Source: a virus. Taken from it: a stretch of 64,000 bases of DNA. Where the stretch lies: IMG/VR virus record IMGVR_UViG_3300017763_000006, positions 30,544 through 94,543 of that record; one strand, written 5' to 3'. The notes beneath the pieces are model-generated. The model searched no databases. It was not told the DNA's origin and saw only the letters and a list, made by a program, of their open reading frames with translations. This document shows, in pieces, positions 35,901-45,187 of the stretch (the first letter of the stretch is position 1; each line of letters opens with the position of its first letter). The translations under genes and the position numbers were made by a program.

Positions 35901-38900
35901 ACGCAATCAATGTTAATAGTAAAGTCTTGTACCTTACCTCCAACGATGAAGTCAGATGCAGAATCAAATCCTTCTAACACGCTTCCATAAACACTCATAT
36001 TGTTTAAACCGCCGCTACCACGAGCATCTCTTAGAGAGGCGTATCTATTCTGACCATCTAAGAACAATGGCCTCATACTTACTCCTAACTGCTCGCATAT
36101 GTATGCGGCAACATTTGCCGATTTAATGTAGTGTTGATCAAGAGATGATTCGTCCTCAGAAGAAACCTCATTAGCTTCTCCTAATGGATTTTTACCATAT
36201 GTAATAACAAGCTTCTTGTTGCCCAAGGCCAGAAACTCTTTAAGTCTTAATATGTCACTTGAGCTAGGCATTTGGTCAGTGTTAGCTATCCAGCCCACAT
36301 CGTATGCGTTGCCAGACATTCTAAGATCATCTAATGAAACATTAACACTGGACATGTCTATATTCAAAGATGTCATTGAAGACTGTATTCCGCTATCTTT
36401 AAATCCAGACTTATATGTTTCTCTCTGGGTAAATCCTCCTATTTGAGCAACCTTAGACTCTCCATATTCATTTTTTGCTAAGATATTAAAATACAAATTA
36501 AGATTTATATCACCTTCAGAACTTAGTAATACATCAGTCCTTTCTGTTGCAGTACCGGCTATAAGGACAACAGAGGAGCCATTATTATCACTAAGTTTTT
36601 CTTCTACTACAAAATTTATTTCTGGCTCTACACTATAAAATTCTTCAAATGAATTTATACTAGAACTTAGCTTTGCTTGTAGTACAGCATCTTTGCCGTC
36701 GTATTCTGTAGGGTTAAACCAAGCACTATTAGACTGTACATTATTCAAATTGTAAACAAGAGAATCAAAGTTACCACTAGCTTCAGACCACATAAATGCT
36801 ATTCCAGAGTATGGGGCAACATTTTTGGTTGGGAAATTATACGTAGTTTCTCCAGCAATATTGTAGCCTATAATTCTCTCTCGTTCTTGAATAGACTCAG
36901 GAACTGGAGGTACAACAATAGTTTTAGTAAGCTGTTCGTAGGCTGCAAACATTGGAATAGGTTCACTATTCTCTCTGTTGTTAGAGTGGGGAGTTGGAAC
37001 AACAACTTCATCACAAGCAGTACAGTTCCAATCTTCTGTCTTGTGGGTTCCGTACAGCATTGCTAGATTATGCTGGTAATTAATCCACAATACGTTTCCC
37101 TTACAAGGTCTGTATTCGCATTGGTCCCAATATTTTGCTCTTAAATCTCCCTCTGTTATAATTGGTAGTTCACATCTAGAATGAAGGTCTCTGTAATTTT
37201 TCTTGGGTGTGATTCCTATTAAGCTAAACGAATCTGTTGGAGGCTTAGTAGTTTCAGTACATTGGTACAAATCAGAAGCAAAGTCATCGAAGAACCTAAT
37301 GTCTCCAACGCCAAAGCCTTTTAGCTTCAACCCCTTAAACTGCCCTATTGGACTCATAGTTTTTTCAGGGACAGTAGACTGTCTAATGTTATAATAAAGG
37401 TCTGTGCTTGGTTCTACTAAAGATTCTTCTGCGTCTCTAGCAGGATAGATACGCATCTTAATTTCTAATTTTTCCAATATATAATTTATAATGTTATTAG
37501 AATAATTATAAGCTCCACCGGCTTCGTAAATAGGATCATTGCCTACAAGAACTAGATTCCTATCTCCATAAGCGAGCCATTCCTTAATATTGTTTATTAC
37601 CTCGTCGCTCTGAAAAGATATCTCTGGGGTAATTATAAAAGCTAGCCCAGCATCTTGAGGTATACTAAGCTCCTCATTGTATACGGTTCGTCTGAAATCA
37701 TATCCCATTCCAGAAAACATACCAGACATAGAAGGTAAGAAATACTCAGCATCTTCTGGTTCAGCTAGGCTTTCATGCAAATTTCCAAAAGCATAGAACT
37801 CTACCACTTTACTATTGTGTGGATAGTAATCTCTACTCTCTAATAATCTAACGGCTCCAGCGTTAACATAATTTTGCCACTGCCAATTTTCACCACCGTA
37901 GTTAGTTTCCTGCGTGGATTTTTGATCATACCTGAACCAAGTTATAGTAGAATCTCTTTCTCCCATGCTGTCTGTAGGACAACCAATAGCCACCAAACTA
38001 CCATCCTCGTTGGTGTCTACGCTATATCCCATTCTAGATGTAGGTATATTATTATATAGTTGACTCCAACCTCCTCGTGTTGATTCTTCATCTCCTTGGG
38101 AATCGCTTGCTCCATGTAATTGAGAATATGTAATTTCTTTATTAAGCCTATATGGTTTAATTGAATAGTTCTCTATAAATCTAAACCTTAAAGACTCAGA
38201 GGATTTGTCCCAAAGTTCTTGTTTTAGATTTTTTGTAAAGATAGTATCAGTAGATTTTTCTTGCCATTCTTTATAAAGATTAAAAGCTTCTCCAAAAGTA
38301 GCATCTGAAACCTCTCTGGCATATTCAGTAGATAGGTAACTAATGTAAACATTTTGTATATAATTATCTAAAGTATTTTCATAATTATTATTGTACTGCC
38401 AAACCTGCACTGCGCTGTCTGCGTATGGAGACCCAATAACCAGTGTTTTTCCGTCGTCGCTAATCGCAACATCATGACCAAATCTATCTGAAAAATCATC
38501 GTTATAGGTAGTAGGCGAATCTATGTATTGTACTAACTCAAAATTATTTTCGTCTTTGTCTTTTTCAAATACAAATACTGCGCCGCCGCTAGGAGGTAAT
38601 AAATTAAATTCAGAATCATCATTGTTAAATTTGCCTAAATCTGACCCTAATAATCTAAACGCATTATTTTGATTGAGGGTAGGTATATCTGTCAAGTTCT
38701 TTAAGCACTTAACGCTTTGGGCTATCCAATCTTCGTCTATAGCGCTGGTAACTTGGACATAACCTTCTGCGGCTTCGCTTCCATAAATTGGAGCATTAAG
38801 AACGCCGTTGTCGTAAGTATATTGTTTGTAATAATCAATGAACTTATTTAAAGCTCCAGTTCTTAAACCGTTGTCATAATATCCAACAGCTTGAGTTCCT

Positions 38901-41900
38901 AATGATCTAGAATCATCTACGTATATGCCAAGCAAAGGTGGTAGCCCACTATGTATTACGTTCTCAGTTAATGGAAAAGTAGTTTGGAAGATGTCTACTA
39001 ATTCATTAAACATTAGATCGTCACGATCTTTATACTCTTGAGTTTCTACTCTATAAGAATAGTGTCTATGGACTTTGTGTTTAGTAATAAAGTTTGGTTG
39101 TGGATATTGGAAGTCTAAAGAACTTTCCTGATCAACATCTCCCCCAAGAACTGGCTCAAGTAGAATAATTTTAATATCAAAAACTACTGGTGGGTCGCAG
39201 AAATATCTAAATAGTATATCTCTATCTTGAAGCTCCTCAAGTATAGAAGACCAAGTTTTTCCCGGTGGATCAGATACAAGTTCGTTATTGAATATAATCA
39301 TGCCTATCGGGACAGGATAAGGTTCAACAGGAGAAAAACGTCTACTCCACATTGTACCCGGACCACCAGCTATAAGGACATCCTTATCTTCCCTAGACGC
39401 ACAGTCTAAAGAATGTCCAAGCTCTCTGCCTTCACCAAGGTTATACCACTGTTTTACTTCTGCTCTGAATGAATTATCTACTCCGGGGAAGGTCTTAAAA
39501 GTAGATGAATATGCATCTCTTCTAAATCCTGTGGGTAATACAAGTTGTTGTTGTAGAATAAATTTAGCCTTGTCGTCTTGATTTGTCCAATCTGCGCCAG
39601 ATGGTTCTGGATCTTTTTTATAGACGTAAATTTTACCAGAATTTTTTAGAACATAATTTGAGTCATCATCATTGTAAAAATCATTCGCCCCAAGCGTTAA
39701 GTCTTCTTGGGGATGACCAACCATTAACATATCTTTATGAGCAGTAAGTCCGTGTCCAAATCCTCCACTTGGAAGAATATTCTCAGCTGTTAGTTTTAAT
39801 CCAGAGTAGGCTACCTCTGGAACAGTTTCTCCGGGCTGAAGACTACTAGTGCCATATTCCCATTCTGACATTTCTCTAGGAACTTCAAGTATTTCTGCAT
39901 CACCAGTTTCTCCAATTACCAAAACGCTATAAGGAGCCTTTGGTATTAAGTTGGTGAATTTTCTTATTCCATAATAATGATTTTTGTATGTTTCTGTCAA
40001 AGAACCAAAAGCGGGAACGCTACTGTTAGTGTAAGTCGTAAACGATCTAATTACTCCACCGTCCACGCACTCTGGAGAGTACCAAGTTACGTCGTGAGTT
40101 TCTAAAGGTTGTTCCGTACACTTCAAGAATGCAGAGCTTTCGCAACCACCATAGCACACAGTGTTAACTCCCCGTATTTCATCAAGAGAAGAAACTGAAG
40201 TATATTTTTCGTCATTAGGACTTATGGGTAATCCATAATTAGTTCCATTCCAAGAATAAGACTCTAAATATGTGCCAACTTGACCTAATGGTTTTTTGTT
40301 GTATGTATTCATTCCGAAGTTAGCAAACAAAGTATCTTCTATTGGCCTACCAAGAGAAAGGAGTGGTAAGCTAGCGTCACTGTTGAAGGTTACGAATTCT
40401 GGACCCCTAGTTATCATTCCCATGCTACCCTGAACAGAATCAATTAAATTTTCAAAAATGACATCTTCACAATAAGCAAAAGTACTAATAGACGAGGACT
40501 TAGTGTCACCAGAAAAATCGTAAACATTTAGAGAAAGTGTGCTACTAATATTTACAGCGTCAGGAGCAAAAGAGTCTACCACCAAATCTACGCTGGCGTT
40601 AGTATATTCAGGGCTACACCTAACATATAACGGGAATTTGTCTGGAGCAGAACCAAACATGTCTCCAAAGTTTTCTTCACCGCCAGTTCCGATAGAGCCA
40701 ATTTGAATAGTATACAAATTAAGATCTGACGACTCAGAGTAACAACCGCTGGTGAATATTGGCATCTTGCCACTATCTTCTATAAACGCAGCTCCACTAG
40801 CCCAAAGCCACATTGTATCTTCTTCAATACCGTAAGCATCAGTATAGAGATCAATAGTTTCTTCTCTGTAAGCTTCTCCAGAAGCGTATATCCAAAGTTC
40901 ATCACTTATTTTTTCTTCTTCAAGTAGAGCTTCTTTCAAAGAAACGTCTAAAGAATGTATTTTAATTTCTGACCAACTGTAGGTTCCAGAAGGATAAACT
41001 AAATCATATTGAACAAACATTTGATCAACGTCTCTAGCAAAATAACGCTCTGATAATTCTTGATCTAAAACATCTCTATTGAAATACGACCAAGGTTCAG
41101 ATTCACTATCCTTAATGTCAGATATTGTTAATTCTGTAGTAATTTTATTCCAGCAATCTTCTGGATTTAAATAATGAGACTGTCTATTTACCAAACCATA
41201 GTTTTCAGTTGGGAACAGCTCGCTTTCTTTTGAAGGAGCATACAGGCTAACAATAAGTTTAGCTCCTTTATTGCCATCGGGCCAAAGTATGTCGCTGTCG
41301 CAATCGTGTTGAACAACTGTATTTATTCTAAAAGCATCGCCGTCAACAACATAGCCTCTAGGAAATCTCTTAGACAATCTTGGTGGAGCTGAGAAATAAC
41401 GATTTTCTAAACCGCCAAGGTGAAATCTCAGCATGTCATTTTCTACCTGAGAATGATAAGCCAATCCAGACGCATGAGCTAAAGAGGTTGGTAGATTAAG
41501 ATCTATTATATCTTGATATTCTAATCCGTTATTATAGAACTTATGATATATATAATCTCTTCCTACTCGTAACTTCATAACATCAAAGTCTAAATTGAAA
41601 TCACAATACTTAAATGCTCCTAACTGCCAAGAGTCCGTATCTTCATCTACAAATCGCCACAAAGGATTATTGTCTGATTCGTTAAAACCAAAAGATAATG
41701 AATGACCAGCAAAGAACGAATCTACTGAATCCACTTGGTAAGAAACATTCTCGCTTGAACCAATAATTCCTCTACCAACACTAAGATCATCTGAGCTTAA
41801 CGATCCCTCTATGCCGCCAGACCAAGGCGTGTGAGAAAGACCAATCTCGCTAACAAAGGCGTTGAATCCGACACCACTGCCACTAGAGTAGCCCAATGTT

Positions 41901-44900
41901 AAGTCACTGTTACCACTATGCAGAACAAATGGACTAGACTCACCTCTGAGCTTTTGCCAATCTAAAGGATTTGAAGTGTTGCCTCTTTCACTGTAGGTAT
42001 ACAGGCGCATCTTATTGTCGCCGTTTGCATTATAAGTAACCAGAGCAGACATTGGGAACATATAATTTCTATAATCATAAGCATCTTTGATGGAAATAAT
42101 TTGACCAGCGTTATCTCTTGCGCTAGCGGTTAGATGACCATCATCGTAATGCAGAGCATATTCTAAGTCTTGACCATTATCCCACTTGGAGGCTAACACG
42201 CCAGTTGCCCACAGGTTATAGCCCACGCCACTAACAGTGACATCTGGAGAAAATCTTGTATACAGAGAGAATCCACTGGCGGTAGGGACGTTGCCAAAAT
42301 TAATATAACCATCAACACCAGAAACTCTTACAGCTTTATCAAAAGAGTCTATAATCTGACCTTCAATTTCACTACCACCATATGTCCAATCTATAGATTT
42401 GTAAGAAGTGTTATGCTGAGAAGAGAATAAAGAATCGCTCTGGAATCTCATTCCCCTGTTTTCTATTATGCTGCTTTCTAAGTTAGAATTAAACACACCA
42501 GAATATTGAGTAGCACCAATAGAAGAATATACAGCGTCATTATCTATGTTATGAAAATCATAATAGCCAAGCAAGAAAGGCTGATTAAACTGAGGATTCT
42601 CAAAGGAGAAATCAAACTCTGTAGCATCAAAAGGACCGCCAAAAACGCTACCACTTGATCCACGCCATCTACGTGAATAATTAGTTTTTAAGGTATCTTC
42701 ATATACTTGATATGCATGTGGTATATTATCTATCTGTGAAAGATATGTACTATCTGTAAATAGTTTATTAGCATAATGATCTTGGGATAAGTAGAATTTT
42801 TCTGGATGTATACGTGTGTCCGTATTCCACAATTTCTTTGTTTCATACCCAAGCGTAAACATCTGCAACGACGAGGCGGGCTTGTACTTAATAACTAAAT
42901 CTGCTCCTTGGAATGAAGCGCCACTAGGAATTGGATATATATCTACATACAAAGACTCAAAGAATTTGCTGTTTGTAAATTTTTGAGGTTGACCCAGTTC
43001 TGGAATTTTGTCATAAATACTAAGAGGTATTGTATACTGTTTAAATTCTGTGCTGTCAACTACAACTGTATTGTCAATAATATAATGATCACCAGCTGGA
43101 CTATCAGTAATATCTTGATCATAGTAAGCAAACTTGTCTGATATAGTTTCAGAAGACAATCCTAATTCGTCGATGTTTAAGAAGCCAGAGACATTTGGTA
43201 TACTCCCAGTTTTACCATTTGTGTTTTGTAGAAATCCTCCAACCTGATCCGTCTGTACTAAAACTTTATCATCACTATATCCAACTACGTCGATAGGAAA
43301 ATCTGGTGTATTTGGCGCTTTTCGTGCTACAATAGAAAGATAAATCTCTTCCACTTCAAATGCGCTGTCGTCGCTGTAGATTAATTCGTAATCTGCTTTG
43401 CTCCAAGAATTATTACCAAAGTTAAAATCTCCACCAACTGGTTCTAATACAGAAACTGGTGTCTTGTGTTCAAATAACAGTTGCAGCTTCCCAGAGTCCT
43501 GTACTGGCTGAGTTTCGTGTAGCGTTACATGTCCCTCTATAAAATAGTTATTTAATCTTTCACTAAGTTCTCTAACAGACCTTGAGTCTTTGTTGTTACT
43601 GTAATATATGTTGCCGTCAATGTCTGGAGAAGTTTTCCAAATATTCGTAGTATTAGTTGGATATATATTATTACTATAATCTGTAGAAAGAACTCTAGTT
43701 GGTCTTAATGTTCTTTCTAATAATGTTCCTGTTTTAACTGTCTCTAAATGTAAAGGAAGTTTTCCGTCTGATATAATGCCACTTCCAAGACCTCTATTAT
43801 CAATTTCTATTGCAGATATTCTCAATCCATTTGTTGGTCTAATTCTATAGTCATTGGATTGTGTTGATATAGGCGCTCCATCAATTGATAAGTAATCATT
43901 TGGACCGGCTGGAACAAATCTACTATCAAGATTACAATGATGTTCAAATCCTTTATTAAAATCATCTTCACTAAAAGGCGTATATTTACAGTAACCCTTA
44001 ATGTCTAAACTTAAAGTGTACCCAGAGTCTTCTCCTAAAACGGGATATTCTGGATGGTAAGTGTCTAGCCTAGCCAAGTTTTGCTCTGGCTCACTAACAT
44101 ATGTAACATAATGAAAATGATTTTGTTTTTCATAATCTTGCTGTCCAGTAATTTTAAAATCTTTATATTTTGCAATAAGATTTCCAGAAGGATCTTCTAG
44201 TCTAATATTAGATATATCATAAGTAGGGGGTATATCTGTTTCATGATTAGTAATAGGAGCGGCAGCTCTCATAAAAAAGAAACTGTCTAATGGCGTAATT
44301 TGAGGTGGGCTAACTTCACACTTGTACGTGAACTCTCCCTCTGAGTATATAGAAGAAGGAGTTATATAAGAAAAAAGATCGTCACTTACTATATATCCTT
44401 CTGAATTATTTTGTACAATATTTCCTACGTGTGTTCCTTCATCAATACTTCTGTATACTCCAGAGCTATCTTCTCTTTCCGTGACAAATGATACTCCGTT
44501 CTTTTCTGTTATAATATCTTTTATTGGATATAGTTTGTCTGTAGCTATGAAATTATCTATATCTAATATCTTATCAAAGTGACCATGAAGTTTTTCAAAG
44601 TACTTGCTTTTTATTTTTCCATTTACTGAAATTTTTACAGAGAAGTTACTAATAGGCTTGTTAGCTCTAGATGTAAATTCTATATTTTTTGAATGATCTT
44701 TTCTATCTGTTCTGAGATTCCACTCAACCATCGGACCTTTAGAATAGACCTTTGTAGAGTTATTTGCATTTAAAGGTACATACAAACTTTCTGGTATGGC
44801 AGATACTCCATAATCAATATAGTTTTGAGATTCAATATCAAATAATATATCAGATATATTTGTTATGGCTCTTTTTATCTGAAGCGGTGTAGACTTTAAT

Positions 44901-45169
44901 TTAAGAGAGTTTTTAATCTTGATTGTTTTAGCTAAAAATTGAGGTTTAGGATCTAACCCTCTGTTTGTACTTTCAGAAGAACCAAACGTTGATCCAAATA
45001 CTTCTTCAACAAAACCACCGTAGACAACTGCTAGTTTTGATCTCAGTTTAGCGACACCTTTTAGTCTCCCCTTAATGGAAGCTCTTTTTGTAGCGTCAAC
45101 ACGCATAGAGAAAGGCTGTCTTATCTTAGCCCTAATATCTCCATGATTATCTTTACAAGAATGCGTCAT
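32942..45169 (-). CDS. Giant tail-associated adhesin-like protein (4075 aa): LamG, seven FG-GAP repeats, vWA-like and GATase-fold-like inserts
   Basis: LamG-like GYINFG...GFSL...SKW...LTLG...EIGL; FG-GAP motifs such as DRFGHDVAISDDGKTLVIGSP; IYVDDSRS. Confidence 0.72.
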   Translation of the reverse strand: MTHSCKDNHGDIRAKIRQPFSMRVDATKRASIKGRLKGVAKLRSKLAVVYGGFVEEVFGSTFGSSESTNRGLDPKPQFLAKTIKIKNSLKLKSTPLQIKRAITNISDILFDIESQNYIDYGVSAIPESLYVPLNANNSTKVYSKGPMVEWNLRTDRKDHSKNIEFTSRANKPISNFSVKISVNGKIKSKYFEKLHGHFDKILDIDNFIATDKLYPIKDIITEKNGVSFVTEREDSSGVYRSIDEGTHVGNIVQNNSEGYIVSDDLFSYITPSSIYSEGEFTYKCEVSPPQITPLDSFFFMRAAAPITNHETDIPPTYDISNIRLEDPSGNLIAKYKDFKITGQQDYEKQNHFHYVTYVSEPEQNLARLDTYHPEYPVLGEDSGYTLSLDIKGYCKYTPFSEDDFNKGFEHHCNLDSRFVPAGPNDYLSIDGAPISTQSNDYRIRPTNGLRISAIEIDNRGLGSGIISDGKLPLHLETVKTGTLLERTLRPTRVLSTDYSNNIYPTNTTNIWKTSPDIDGNIYYSNNKDSRSVRELSERLNNYFIEGHVTLHETQPVQDSGKLQLLFEHKTPVSVLEPVGGDFNFGNNSWSKADYELIYSDDSAFEVEEIYLSIVARKAPNTPDFPIDVVGYSDDKVLVQTDQVGGFLQNTNGKTGSIPNVSGFLNIDELGLSSETISDKFAYYDQDITDSPAGDHYIIDNTVVVDSTEFKQYTIPLSIYDKIPELGQPQKFTNSKFFESLYVDIYPIPSGASFQGADLVIKYKPASSLQMFTLGYETKKLWNTDTRIHPEKFYLSQDHYANKLFTDSTYLSQIDNIPHAYQVYEDTLKTNYSRRWRGSSGSVFGGPFDATEFDFSFENPQFNQPFLLGYYDFHNIDNDAVYSSIGATQYSGVFNSNLESSIIENRGMRFQSDSLFSSQHNTSYKSIDWTYGGSEIEGQIIDSFDKAVRVSGVDGYINFGNVPTASGFSLYTRFSPDVTVSGVGYNLWATGVLASKWDNGQDLEYALHYDDGHLTASARDNAGQIISIKDAYDYRNYMFPMSALVTYNANGDNKMRLYTYSERGNTSNPLDWQKLRGESSPFVLHSGNSDLTLGYSSGSGVGFNAFVSEIGLSHTPWSGGIEGSLSSDDLSVGRGIIGSSENVSYQVDSVDSFFAGHSLSFGFNESDNNPLWRFVDEDTDSWQLGAFKYCDFNLDFDVMKLRVGRDYIYHKFYNNGLEYQDIIDLNLPTSLAHASGLAYHSQVENDMLRFHLGGLENRYFSAPPRLSKRFPRGYVVDGDAFRINTVVQHDCDSDILWPDGNKGAKLIVSLYAPSKESELFPTENYGLVNRQSHYLNPEDCWNKITTELTISDIKDSESEPWSYFNRDVLDQELSERYFARDVDQMFVQYDLVYPSGTYSWSEIKIHSLDVSLKEALLEEEKISDELWIYASGEAYREETIDLYTDAYGIEEDTMWLWASGAAFIEDSGKMPIFTSGCYSESSDLNLYTIQIGSIGTGGEENFGDMFGSAPDKFPLYVRCSPEYTNASVDLVVDSFAPDAVNISSTLSLNVYDFSGDTKSSSISTFAYCEDVIFENLIDSVQGSMGMITRGPEFVTFNSDASLPLLSLGRPIEDTLFANFGMNTYNKKPLGQVGTYLESYSWNGTNYGLPISPNDEKYTSVSSLDEIRGVNTVCYGGCESSAFLKCTEQPLETHDVTWYSPECVDGGVIRSFTTYTNSSVPAFGSLTETYKNHYYGIRKFTNLIPKAPYSVLVIGETGDAEILEVPREMSEWEYGTSSLQPGETVPEVAYSGLKLTAENILPSGGFGHGLTAHKDMLMVGHPQEDLTLGANDFYNDDDSNYVLKNSGKIYVYKKDPEPSGADWTNQDDKAKFILQQQLVLPTGFRRDAYSSTFKTFPGVDNSFRAEVKQWYNLGEGRELGHSLDCASREDKDVLIAGGPGTMWSRRFSPVEPYPVPIGMIIFNNELVSDPPGKTWSSILEELQDRDILFRYFCDPPVVFDIKIILLEPVLGGDVDQESSLDFQYPQPNFITKHKVHRHYSYRVETQEYKDRDDLMFNELVDIFQTTFPLTENVIHSGLPPLLGIYVDDSRSLGTQAVGYYDNGLRTGALNKFIDYYKQYTYDNGVLNAPIYGSEAAEGYVQVTSAIDEDWIAQSVKCLKNLTDIPTLNQNNAFRLLGSDLGKFNNDDSEFNLLPPSGGAVFVFEKDKDENNFELVQYIDSPTTYNDDFSDRFGHDVAISDDGKTLVIGSPYADSAVQVWQYNNNYENTLDNYIQNVYISYLSTEYAREVSDATFGEAFNLYKEWQEKSTDTIFTKNLKQELWDKSSESLRFRFIENYSIKPYRLNKEITYSQLHGASDSQGDEESTRGGWSQLYNNIPTSRMGYSVDTNEDGSLVAIGCPTDSMGERDSTITWFRYDQKSTQETNYGGENWQWQNYVNAGAVRLLESRDYYPHNSKVVEFYAFGNLHESLAEPEDAEYFLPSMSGMFSGMGYDFRRTVYNEELSIPQDAGLAFIITPEISFQSDEVINNIKEWLAYGDRNLVLVGNDPIYEAGGAYNYSNNIINYILEKLEIKMRIYPARDAEESLVEPSTDLYYNIRQSTVPEKTMSPIGQFKGLKLKGFGVGDIRFFDDFASDLYQCTETTKPPTDSFSLIGITPKKNYRDLHSRCELPIITEGDLRAKYWDQCEYRPCKGNVLWINYQHNLAMLYGTHKTEDWNCTACDEVVVPTPHSNNRENSEPIPMFAAYEQLTKTIVVPPVPESIQERERIIGYNIAGETTYNFPTKNVAPYSGIAFMWSEASGNFDSLVYNLNNVQSNSAWFNPTEYDGKDAVLQAKLSSSINSFEEFYSVEPEINFVVEEKLSDNNGSSVVLIAGTATERTDVLLSSEGDINLNLYFNILAKNEYGESKVAQIGGFTQRETYKSGFKDSGIQSSMTSLNIDMSSVNVSLDDLRMSGNAYDVGWIANTDQMPSSSDILRLKEFLALGNKKLVITYGKNPLGEANEVSSEDESSLDQHYIKSANVAAYICEQLGVSMRPLFLDGQNRYASLRDARGSGGLNNMSVYGSVLEGFDSASDFIVGGKVQDFTINIDCVVIGGQRYCTGYFHDIIPIKLNGATKLAAFKKSIQDTRSASNIEPQLRTGITKVSFSVPEKEEHHDDFNLFRLYFSAHNDTALESEPFDIYISNCSRNVSLENQDSGGSYTIEDYGDDGSFSETTISLGATISLSPSVPTKTVDIQVPTDVEQIELFVHRNQTYRKADIGSEQDLSNNRTIKLFAVSGVRIPVNQKYIETKTPITEKYFVTVPGSPEYSYQQDYLREISHPSQQYCEQASPGSEICAEEPILGYGAGAGDIEDGPVVIAQEVYHQAGYFVGRNKSRVTIISDPSIIQGPTIKAEGSDSANRDLAFFLSSLYPHTNFPSPEAGRQYPDFYKIISPERSSPSRLINAYPDNDGLNYRFGGYESNSLSATSYSDTEGKKQILPTPPQDFVRQPFDSMLPIDEVVDIGKFRKLPPPLQSSTVDAMRKAGQYEAIDQLYEDWYVNNFEVVQAHYSSKSKFHDTVDGVVYKDAGYQERIPPLMRATGKDHLDFNFFGSGYPGDLFGYKVTIYDDKIYVGAPFTPYNTTNITKWDDVVSNSLNGPTYGTEVGFNGGAGAVYILEKDTSKSNGAGSTSLEITTGLPWDCVQKIRPEQLSVGFSGINPEQASGIYGNHNYTNEFLQLNSYKSDMFGYDIAIDSDILAISAPNHSFDIFFEHTPSEFIRKEFNNQFDISTVIPHDLGFASERVDFISSGVSILNHGSVFTYENRIADWGTKEQTWDEIHKISTLGSGTRIQNSQENIMFGSNISLSRAKRNDGDYILGISAPVEKISGNDKAGSVFAYDGMLRKLRPSFPHPDTYISGRVYGDGDLEIESTVFNISNGITPNKQFFQRGRVVANAEGEIFIEVSGQDKLDKGYVTHRPYIKAVRGSYLFGRPIENDMNLFTDAYRLPESGSLPLLSLGPERDSVYNKADLYCYSAVQDSGIINLYASGVPSDYYGSYQTVVDQHSENDVDKLNDINLHSTMSLVARGGPKRASKRR
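33154..33163 (-). promoter_or_regulatory. GTGTATAATA motif, intragenic, about 190 nt upstream of the next gene start
   Basis: Exact match to intergenic copy at 19464. Confidence 0.45.
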
Positions 45170-45187
45170 AAATCCTTTATCCTTTGT

